From contig JANKJI020000002.1 in NCBI GenBank assembly GCA_024626585.2, positions 70,891,865-70,913,212 on the forward strand: DNA of 21,348 bases, read 5' to 3'. A program made the translations under genes and the position numbers. This stretch comes from Ginkgo biloba (lineage: Eukaryota > Plantae > Ginkgophyta). Position 1 is the first letter of the stretch. Every line of letters starts with the position of its first letter. Below are positions 11,214 through 21,348 of this stretch, one piece after another. The notes under the pieces are model-generated. The model was not told the origin of the DNA. It searched no databases and saw nothing but the letters and a program-made list of their open reading frames with translations.

Positions 11214-12109
11214 GTGCATTCTCTCGCAATATTGGGTTCCATCCGTGAGCTGGATAGAAGCTGCACGCTGAAAGAAATGAATTCGTGACCTGAGCCATCT
11301 GAACACAATCTTACTATTGTATTGAATAACTTTCCCTTCACTTACCCAACCATTTAGAAAAAGGCTTCCAAAGAGAGAGACTGGTGTTTCTTGCCTTTAT
11401 TTTTTACGAAGCATCAACATACCTTAAAAATGGCTCTGTAGTTGATTTTATTGGTAGTGCGTATGTAGTCAGTCTGGACTCTGCTCATGCAAACATCGTG
11501 TAGTTGGATAATTGAATAGTGATATTACACCTCTTATTTGGTTTTATAGCTTGCACGTTATGAATTAATTGTCATTTTAGTACAAACCCATAAGTTATGA
11601 CGTATTTGTCATAATTGCCATGATAATTTCACCATATCCTTGGTAAATATTATAGATATTTGGTTTATGTGATAAAGAAACATAATATAAATTCAAAATT
11701 ATCCAATAACTAAAACACAAAAAAAACACAAAAGTAAACAACATTCAACAAAATTTGATGTGTATATATAATTCAAATATACATGGTATAATCATTATAC
11801 CATATATTATATTGCATTCTCTTAAATATAAATGAAAGCTTCAATATTATTTAAAAGTGTAAAAATCACATTATGCCTTTTGTTACATACCACATGCATG
11901 CAGATTCTTTATTTTTTCTAGTTCTAATCCATTGATAAATTAAGTTCTACAAGGATACAAATGACCTTAAACTATATATTCCATTCTACATAACATTAAT
12001 TATTAAACTCAATATTGTATCACTTTGTTTGTCGCTCAAAACTAGTATATTTTTAAAAAATTATACATGAAACTATAGATAGATTAAAGTATTGTTATAG
12101 ATACTAGAG

Positions 12110-12602
12110 GAGAAGAAAATATCCATCATCATTAAATTGTTGTTATAATAAACTTATGAATCTTATAATAGTAAATTACCAACCCAATTAATCGTGTTTA
12201 TTACCAAATTTGATCATTATTTCATCAATGAATGAAATGGATTATATAGGTCCTTGAATTTTAGGCAAGGAATTTTTAAATATTACGGAATAGTTGTCAT
12301 CAATACTTTTTGAAAATTTCCTTAGAAACGACAAACCTATGTGAATATTTTTCCTAATAATACACCTTATCATTATAAAATTTGGTATAAACATCTACAA
12401 TACAAAATCCACTAAAATGTAAATTATTTTTAAAATGAAAATATGAAGTTAGTGCAAACATATCTTATAATGTAATTCTATAGTTATTCTTGGAAAAGAA
12501 TGAACAAATGTGTAGATTCTATACATTTCTACTCTAACAATTATATTCTTTAATTGAAGTGAATATTTAAAGGTGTAGATCTTATCATATACTCATACCT
12601 TA
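12110..12602 (-). repeat. Right arm of long diverged inverted repeat
   Basis: Inverted copy of 9335-9822, roughly 80% identical by eye. The alignment ends only where gaps intervene. Confidence 0.9.
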
Positions 12603-14552
12603 NNNNNNNNNNNNNNNNNNNNNNNNNNNNNNNNNNNNNNNNNNNNNNNNNNNNNNNNNNNNNNNNNNNNNNNNNNNNNNNNNNNNNNNNNNNNNNNNNN
12701 NNCGGGACTTCATAAATTTTGACATATTTTTTACTACTAGGATCTGAAAACGGATCACATATAGCTTCTTATCCATCCTAAACTCATAATTTTTCTATCC
12801 TTACTCTTACTCTCACATGTATAATCAATATGCATTTGGATTTATCATCTAATCTTTAGGGGATGAGGGGGGAGGGTGAACAATTTTAATGGTCATAGAA
12901 GTGGTGCTCCATGCCCTCCAACTTGACTTGTACACAAAGATTTATGAGTTAGTATCACATATATGTATGTAATAAAATCAAATAATGGATGAAATAATTA
13001 TAATAAAATCATAAATTTATGCTTCCTCTATCACTAACTCCTATCACGATAGGAGCTAAACTGATACTCCATAGTAGGAAATCTAGATCTCTCCTCCAAC
13101 TAATTATGGTATAGAGGGAAACAACTATGTTGAATATTTTTTGGGTTATAAACCTATATATATGTATTTTCAGTACACCAATCACTAATTTGTGAGCCCT
13201 GTATTATATTTGGGCTCATATTTGTACAACTTCAAACCTCATTAGCCATGGCGTAATGTTACTTGAAAGAGAAGATCCTTCCTATAGTCATAGATATATG
13301 AAGAATACATGAATAAATTATTATAGAATGGATACACATATAATTTCAACCTCCTCCTTTCCACATGGAAAAGAAAATAGGGCCTCAGTGAAATATTCTA
13401 AAAGCATCCAAGTTTCATAAAATAGTATTCCCCTCCTTCATGCATCATAAATATCTATAAGTTATAGAGGCATGCCTACATTACTATAAAATATACTCAT
13501 ATGTTGGTTCATGATTATTAATACTAATTTATACTCCTAATCTATCATATTATCAATATTAATGTCATGGTTGTGCATGATGTCATTCGACCTACCATAA
13601 AGTTTGTGTACTACTACTATAACTCAATCCAAACCATAGTATAGGTACTCTTGCAATGATATATAATATCTCATTTATGATAATATAGTAATAAAATGGA
13701 TATCATCCTAGGTGATAAAGAGAATATGACCTCTAAGATCAAATACTTTTCAATGGTGATCCCATTTATTGATCACTAGACTAATGATCTAATTATTACT
13801 ATATCANNNNNNNNNNNNNNNNNNNNNNNNNNNNNNNNNNNNNNNNNNNNNNNNNNNNNNNNNNNNNNNNNNNNNNNNNNNNNNNNNNNNNNNNNNNNNN
13901 NNNNNNTTATTTTATTCACTCAACATTTCCTAAAATTTGAGTGCCAAATTTCATCCTTAATTGATGGTCAACTTAAGTATTTTATTGTTGTTTATTTACC
14001 CTTTTGATAGGTATGTGATCCTTATAAACATAAATTTATTTTCTATCTTGAGTTTCAATATTTTTTGGGATTTTACAAAGTGGGGAGTGTGCTTAACTTT
14101 CTCTCCACCATAGAATCTCCAAAACTTGAAACTCTAAATCTGAATGACCAATTTTATAAGTGTGAAACGTTACTAAACTCTCATGCATATTGTAAAATCT
14201 CATTTTCTTCTAGATCCCAATTCCTTATAAAGGACAAGCTTCTACACCTTAAAAATATGCTCATTATTGGGATGATCTCTATGATTTCCTTTATTTTTAT
14301 CTCCAATTGAGACATTATTTTAATATTTTATTTTAATTTTGTATCTTGGGTGGTTTTCCCTTGATTACCTACAAATTATTATGAATGAGGGGGGTCCCAT
14401 TAATGGGTTAACAAGGTAGCCTTGGGTAAATCACCCCCTTATGGGGTGTGCATATTCTAAAATCTCTATTTTTATGGATTGTAATCCTTACCAACTTGAT
14501 TGTGTTATGATTCATGGTAGTGGAAACACCTTACGTGTAATAGGAACACTTT

Positions 14553-15172
14553 GGGAGGGGTGTAATATGAGAAAATATAATTATGGAAGAAACTTATATG
14601 ATTTTCACACATTTATACCAATCAGAATAAGAAGAGTTTATACTAGCACAAATGGGAAGGATAGTAATATTAATAAAGACTTGGGTGACTAGACAGGATA
14701 GACAAAAGGCATTTATAAATATGATAGTAAATGGACTTGTGGGATGATGGAAGTGGTATGGAAGGCATTGGAAAGAACCATGGTGGATAAAATAAGTTAT
14801 TATTCACACTTTCCATCACAGAATAACACTTAGAAGGAACTCTTTACACATGAGGAAATGACAATGAGAATATTATGATATCAAACTTAAATGTGGAGCT
14901 TCAAACTATGGAATGAACTAGATTATAAATCAATTCTTACCCTAAAGAAAGGTTCCAAGAAGGATAATTTTAAATTAAAAATAAAATATTTCCTTTGCAT
15001 GTCAATTATGTGTTGATCTTATTGTATTATGCTTTTACACTAGCAAACTATACCATGTAATGTGGGAAAAATTCTAGGGAACTATGGACTTTGAGGTAAA
15101 TCCAAAGGTGCTAGGAATTATAGAATATAACAATTTCTATAAATAGAGATCATAATCATATAAAATCATGAA
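14553..15172 (+). mobile_element. Possible PPT plus start of a 3' LTR
   Basis: GGGAGGGG (14553-14560) is followed directly by TGTAAT, and an LTR-type CTATAAATAGAG occurs near 15137. Truncated by the gap. Confidence 0.35.
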
Positions 15173-15442
15173 NNNNNNNNNNNNNNNNNNNNNNNNNNNN
15201 NNNNNNNNNNNNNNNNNNNNNNNNNNNNNNNNNNNNNNNNNNNNNNNNNNNNNNNNNNNNNNNNNNNNNNNNACAAGGAGGAAGGGTATCTCATCTTTGT
15301 TTGGGAGATGATCTTAATACTGAAGAATGGGTTGAAGGCCTACACCTAGCACTCCTCCTATCTAAAAGGGGTGGACTTAAATGAGGAGGATATTTAGAGA
15401 TGATGTTTAAAATTTTATACATAAGAGCTTTATGTTGGTATC

Positions 15443-15831
15443 TGTAACGAACCTAACCTTTAGTCATATCTCTTTATTCTTCACATATCTCTCCTTCTAT
15501 TATGTCTATATCTCTCTTTTGACACTTATCTTCTTCTCTTATGTCCTCTTATATGTATGCCACTTGTCATACATGCTCCCTATCTCCTCTTATGTTCTCT
15601 CTTATATAATGTATTATGTAAACCCTATAAGGTACCTTGAATATTGAGCTATTATGTATTGGGAGGTTTAGATCCTCAAAGTGGATTGTATTAGAGGTTC
15701 CACCCTTAAAGTGTATTGTATTGGAGGTCCCACCCTCGAAGTGGATTGTTATTGAGATTATGCCTTTTTGTTTGAGCCATTATTATGTTTGAATGATCTT
15801 GTGCCTTGGAGTGGATAAGAGGTTTGTTACA
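15443..15831 (+). mobile_element. 5' LTR (389 bp) of an LTR retrotransposon
   Basis: Termini TGTAACGAACC...GGTTTGTTACA form a 10/11 inverted match. TATA-like CCCTATAA at 15623-15630. A perfect PBS follows 2 nt later. Confidence 0.85.
15655..15746 (+). repeat. Three imperfect ~30-bp tandem units inside the LTR
   Basis: TGTATTGGGAGGTTTAGATCCTCAAAGTGGAT / TGTATTAGAGGTTCCACCCTTAAAGTGTAT / TGTATTGGAGGTCCCACCCTCGAAGTGGAT. Confidence 0.85.
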
Positions 15832-15833
15832 AG

Positions 15834-15845
15834 TGGTATCAGAGC
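15834..15845 (+). promoter_or_regulatory. Primer-binding site (tRNA-iMet)
   Basis: Exact TGGTATCAGAGC immediately after the LTR end TACA-AG. Confidence 0.9.
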
Positions 15846-18362
15846 AGTCTCCTGTGCACACTTCTAGAGGATAGTATCAAGGTATTAATTTTTTTTTCCC
15901 TTTGCATTTGAGTTCTTAGTTTTTTGCTTTTAAATATTAGGAAAATGCTTTTGTAGATTCGAATTAGATTATCAATAATCGCCATTAAAGGTTGTAGCCA
16001 CCACTAGAAAAGATGCCAACAATTCTAGTCATACAATAATAATAGAATTTATAGTCCTTAGAATCATCCAAGTGTCATTTCTCTATCGATTTTTTGACCA
16101 TACCACACTCATGCATGTTGAATAGTCTATATTCTAGAGAGCAGATTCTCTCTCCTAACTCAGTCAAGATTGACTGGCCTAATAGTCAGGAGGTATAGTG
16201 CTACTCCCTAGAGTACCTCAACACATGTATTGTGTATGTGAGTGCTTCATGTATGCCAAAGGAACTGTGGAATCTATTTCAAGTAAATAAATAAGAAAAC
16301 AAATCCCCTTTAACAAATGCAAGTTTGAAACATGATTTAAAAATGTAAAATAAATTCTCTACCCCTCTTTCTTTTCCCTTACCTGAGTTTATGATGCAAT
16401 GCAATTCAATTCAAATTTATTTCTTTATTTAGAGGAACAAGCAAGATATTTCCCTATAAAATGGATTCAAGACTAAAACCCCCATAGAACCCCTCAAGAG
16501 ATTGCAAGGATCTCTCAAACATGTAAAGGAATGGAATCTATAAAAGAATCTAGGCGAGGTCAGGAAAATGACCTAGAAGGTGTGTGTAATATGAATGAGT
16601 TACCTAATTTCTTTAAACATGTGATTGAAAATACAAGATGTAAAGAAATGATAAATCCCACCCACTACAAAAGAATCCAAATAACATGGAAGAGGTATCT
16701 TTGGTGTTACCCAAAGATGAATNNNNNNNNNNNNNNNNNNNNNNNNNNNNNNNNNNNNNNNNNNNNNNNNNNNNNNNNNTTTCATCCCACAAGCCTCTTC
16801 TTGATATAAAATTAACATAATGTACTCAAAAGGATTTAAGAAGCCTCATGAAGAATTTAGACCTAATTTATAGGTCAAATCATATCTAAATTCTAACAGT
16901 GAGTAGAGAATCCCATCCCTCAAATGATAAATTTTGCAAAGGAATAAGGATCTGAGAAGTAGTTTAGGTAGAATAATAATGAAGTACAAAAGAAACCTAG
17001 TTTATTCCTACATTTTATTTCTATTTTATAACTTAAAGAAATAAGACAATGATTTTCTTAATACTTATGTTTAGTTTTTAGAAAATTAGAGAATGAAAGA
17101 TGAAAATAAGAACGATCTAACCTACAAACAATAAAGTTGGTGAAAGTGGAGCCACCCAATCCTTGCTGCACAGTCCTTGATGCTTTGATCACTTCTAAAG
17201 AACCTCCAAACTTGAATCCTGACTATAATTATGTGAAAATAATGAGTGGATGAAAAAAGAAGGAAACTAAAATAGGAATGGAAGGTGAAAGTAAGGTTCA
17301 ATCCTCTAAGAATATAGGGATTTGTGCATTAGGGCTCCTAAAATTCCTAAAATGGCTTAAAATTGATGAAAAGGCTTATGAGAGGCATGGAGGGATTAGA
17401 AGGATGAAATAAAATTGCAATNNNNNNNNNNNNNNNNNNNNNNNNNNNNNNNNNNNNNNNNNNNNNNNNNNNNNNNNNNNNNNNNNNNNNNNNNNNNNNN
17501 NNNNNNNNNNNNNNNNNNNNNTAAAATAATGTAAGTCAATCCACTCTCTAACATAGCCTTATTATATGAATCACATAGATAATTTATATATATAGATATA
17601 TTTATATCACTTAAAATTCCTAATTTCTCCTAAATCCTCCTCTTTTCCCTATGTATCCTCTTCTACGCTCAAATATTTTTTTGTAATTTCTCTCTCATTT
17701 TTGGGATATTAAACTTATTATATTCACTCTTATTTAGTTATAGGTGAGATGGTAGTATTGTAGGGTATAATAGAGAAAATAGGTTAGACCCTTCACAACT
17801 ATTGTATACATCACACCTTGAATATTAGGACCTTATGCACAGATCCAATATTAAACGCATTATATTTTCCACATAACTACCTAATACAAATCACATTCAC
17901 AAATACACACACACAGATGGATACCAACATATAAACATTAAAATGCAAAATAGATCCATAAATTTATATTGTCATACCCACATATCCTGTTTAATATAAT
18001 ATTAAACCATAAATATAAATGCATGGATAGTTGGGGATGTTACTCTAACCTCCTACATCATTGCCCATAACCTTCCTCTCTAACTATGGATTATAGGGAA
18101 TAGTAGGGTACCCTCCCTCTCCTCTAAAATATATTAATTTATACAGAAGTAAGTAAAAGTTAATAAGTATATTTCAATATGTAAATATAATAAAATTATA
18201 ACTCTAATATGATCCATATCCATGTATCTCCAAATACTAGTATTTTTTAACTAGCCANNNNNNNNNNNNNNNNNNNNNNNNNNNNNNNNNNNNNNNNNNN
18301 NNNNNNNNNNNNNNNNNNNNNNNNNNNNNNNNNNNNNNNNNNNNNNNNNNNNNNNNNNNNNN

Positions 18363-18417
18363 AACCATTTATATCCCTCATGTATGGTCTATATAGGCCA
18401 TGAAAATTACCTCCCCT
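18363..18417 (-). mobile_element. PPT and start of the 3' LTR of the chromovirus element
   Basis: Minus strand AGGGGAGG-TAA-TTTTCATGGCC just downstream of the chromodomain. The TG start appears mutated. Confidence 0.55.
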
Positions 18418-18465
18418 ACAAGTTAATGCTACCCTTAGTATGATATCTATCCTCAATTAGTTATG

Positions 18466-18589
18466 GGAAGGTCAATTAGAGGAATTTATTCCTCTCTTAG
18501 ATGACTTCATTTATATCATAATTCTCCCATTTAACTATCACCTTTGTTATCACCTTATTTCGTAACTCCATTATGCGATAAGTTAGTAT
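18466..18589 (-). pseudogene. Degenerate retrotransposon chromodomain
   Basis: Translates ILTYRIMELRNKVITKVIVKWENYDINEVI*ERNKFL*LTFP, matching the plant chromovirus pattern ILD...LRN+.I..V.V.W......EATWE......YP. Confidence 0.8.
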
Positions 18590-18626
18590 CTNNNNNNNNN
18601 NNNNNNNNNNNNNNNNNNNNNNNNNN

Positions 18627-19730
18627 TTAAAGGATCAACTATGTATTATATAATACAATTTAACTAGTATATAATGTGAGAAGGATTAGCTATGTATTTT
18701 TGTACTAAAAAAATATTATGCACTCTAACATTCAAAGGTATTCATATGGAAAATTCCCTATTCTACTTTATATTTTAAAGTTTCCATAATGTCTACATGT
18801 AATATTTCAATACTTCCTTTCCATTATTTTTCTACCTNNNNNNNNNNNNNNNNNNNNNNNNTAATCTCTCACTTAAAATTCAACTAATCTTCTTTTCAGG
18901 TTCATATAACTCTTATATTAGTTTTTATTTAACTTAAAGTTTTATATTATCCATAATACTTAATCCTCTATTTTATACATAATTTATTATCCCAAGGTAA
19001 TTCTATCTTCCAAATATCTTCTCCCTAATGGTGCATTATATTTTCATCCATATAAGGATTTAAAATGGCTCATTCCAAGTGATGTCTTCTCCATGTTGTT
19101 CTAGGAAAATTTAATAAGGTAATGGTAATATTCCTAATTACTATGTTTATGAATCACATACATTCTAATAATATCTTATAGAATTGGATTGATTCTATTA
19201 TTTTATCCATCTATTTATGGATGACAAGTTGTATTGAACCTTAGTTGTATTTGAGTAAACCAAGCATTTCTCTCTAAAATTGAGATGCAAACTTAAAATC
19301 TTTACTCGACACAATTCTTTATGGTATATCATAAAAAATATTAATTTATTTCAAATATACATATAGTTGTTATATTTTTTATCATTTCTTTAGTATTGAA
19401 TCTCATATAATGTATGATTTTAGAAATCTATCTAAGAAAAGAATGATAACATCATATTATTGCCAAGTGAGAGGAAATTCTATCATGAAGTCCATTAGAA
19501 TATCTTCCTATTAAATTAAATAATATTTAATAGTTTAAAGTAATCATATCATGTATTGATGGAGTGATTTCACTTTTTAATGTAGAAAGCATTGTTATAC
19601 AAATTCAAGTGAGACATTTTTTATTTGTCTTCAACTTTTGATATGTATTTTGGTTATCAGGATATCTTCATATAGTGACATTTTAGGATTACTAAAATAA
19701 CTAATTCTAAATTTTGCCTACCTTTAAAAC
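18627..19730 (-). pseudogene. Degenerate Ty3/gypsy integrase
   Basis: *EDILMDF...YDVIILFLDRFLK; DIP*RIVSSKDFKFASQF*; QLRFNTTCHP*IDG*NNRINPIL*DIIRMYV; SLGMSHFKSLYG; YKSY...VEF*VRD; GPY/F remnant YGNFKI and RVHNIF...KYIANPSHII. Confidence 0.9.
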
Positions 19731-19919
19731 AAGTGTATAATCATAAATTCAAATTACTCCATCCTATAAAATTCCATGCGAAGGGAATTTTTAATATTAT
19801 ATTCTTAATTTTATCTCTTTCCTGAATACTTTCTTTACTTCTATAAAGTAAGGATATTAAATAGAATTTTTTATGATTAAATCCATCACTTTATTCATCA
19901 CTAACATGATGTTCACTAT

Positions 19920-21348
19920 ATTCCTTTAGTAGATAAATTCATTATCTACAATATTCTCTTTAAATTTTAGATATTTGACATCTACATGAAATTCATAGAG
20001 GATTTTTATCCATATTTACTGACATGCATTAACTTGAGGTTGAGAAAAAATATAAATTTTCATTATCAGTATGGATATCTAGTGAGTATCATAATAGATA
20101 ATGACACCATGTTTTAAATGTATGGACTACAACTTCTAACTCTAAATCACGAGTAGGGTAATTTAATTAGTATAGTTAGGGTTTCATACTCTTTAACCTT
20201 CTACGCTTATATTTTTTATCAAAACTTCCCCTATGTCATTAAAAAATTCATTTATACCTATCACAAATGGGTTATTATCATATAATAAGTATATAATTAG
20301 GAATAGGTTAATAAGGTTTTTAATATTTTAAAAATTTAATTATATTCATGTTTCTGTACTGAATAAGTACTTCATAAACATTCAGTAATAACTAGCTAGA
20401 CCTAAAAGGATTCTAACCTCAATCACCAATTGAGATTGACGTAATTTTAATATTATTTTCAATTTATTTGGATCCACTACCAAGTGACCTAAATAATAGA
20501 TATTAGTCTTCTATAAATCATATTTACTTAATTTGGCATATAATTTATATCTCCTTAAGGTGTCCAATGTCAATCTTAAGTGTTATGTATGCTCATCCTT
20601 AGTTCTCGAGTAAACTAATATGTAACCAAGAATATTTAAATTAATTTACCTAATAATTTTAAAACACATTATTTAAGGGAAGAACAACAAACTCATATTG
20701 GTTATGTTTGGTCTTGAAAACTATCTTAAAAATATATTCTTCTTTGATTCTAATTTGATGGTATCCTAACCTCATATGGATCTTAGAGTAATTATATTCC
20801 CTTAACTAAAAAAATATATAATTAATATATGGTATAGGTCACCTATTATTTATATTCACTTTACTTAAATAATTATAGTCAACAATTGTATGTGAAGTAT
20901 CATCCTTATTTTCAACAAAACTAATGGGGGTACCCTAAAGTGATACACATGGCCTAATTTGTTCCTATCTATCATCTTTGGGAAATATAAAAATAGTTTT
21001 ACAGTATCTTGAATATTAAACCTATAAGAAGGGTGATAACTAGGTTCTTCTATAAGAACCGACCTAATTACATGATCTAATTCCATTTTGGGGGGATTCT
21101 TAGTAATTCTTCAATAAATACATCCTTGCAATCCTAAATGAAGGAATTATATTTGAGAATTAATCCCTTAACCTTATCAACTTCCTCTACTAAATATAAT
21201 ACTACATGAAAAAATTTAGTTATGAATTCCTTATATTACATAAATGAGATTTGTCTACGATTAAATTTTAATATTAATCCTTGAAAAATTAACTCTTCCC
21301 ACTGTAGGTAGGTTTACCTCTATAATTCTATTACTATATTCAATCATA
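19920..21348 (-). pseudogene. Degenerate Ty3/gypsy reverse transcriptase and RNase H (element continues past window end)
   Basis: RT: ELDHVI...EP...PSYR; YSKIHMRLGYHQIRIKEE...YEFVVLP; ILGYILVYSR (catalytic DD lost); LYAKLSK...YLGH; EVRILLGLASYY. RNase H: YPTRDLELEVVVHTFKTWCHYLL; KENIVD. Confidence 0.9.

Larger units (their letters stand above)
18363..21348 (-). mobile_element. Decayed chromovirus (Ty3/gypsy, Tekay/Del-like) LTR retrotransposon, 3' part
   Basis: Colinear RT-RNase H-integrase-chromodomain-PPT order across two small sized gaps. The lineage assignment is inference. Confidence 0.9.

Noticed and set aside
12859-13218. G-rich tract and short hairpins (13038-13055, 13193-13218)
   Set aside because: Insufficient G-runs for a convincing quadruplex; 7-8 bp stems are common in TE DNA.
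15436-15442. TGGTATC just before the LTR, suggesting insertion into another PBS
   Set aside because: Only 7 bp and not preceded by an LTR CA end; compatible with chance.
15432-15647. 71-aa hydrophobic ORF
   Set aside because: By-product of CT-rich LTR sequence.

Overview
AT-rich, CpG-depleted eukaryotic DNA from a fragmented draft assembly (16 N-gaps, most exactly 100 N, so adjacency across gaps is uncertain). It is very likely a large-genome land plant; a gymnosperm-like genome is an inference. There is one clear host gene: a plus-strand WD40 gene of the JINGUBANG/REN4 family (ATG 5274), intronless as far as it is visible and cut by the gap at 6264. It sits in a CpG-retaining island (~3550-6263). 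The rest is mostly decayed transposon DNA: a probable L1-type LINE relic (~281-1993), a minus-strand LTR with tRNA-iMet PBS (3537-3973), a CACTA end (8958), a plus-strand LTR with PBS (15443-15845), and a degenerate minus-strand chromovirus Ty3/gypsy pol (RT, RNase H, integrase, chromodomain, PPT; ~18405-21348). The most unusual structure is a ~490-bp diverged inverted repeat (9335-9822 / 12110-12602) next to the CACTA end. It brackets a CpG-retaining, host-like segment containing a patchwork duplication. I cannot support a genuinely new biological system from this sequence alone; the findings are hypotheses.
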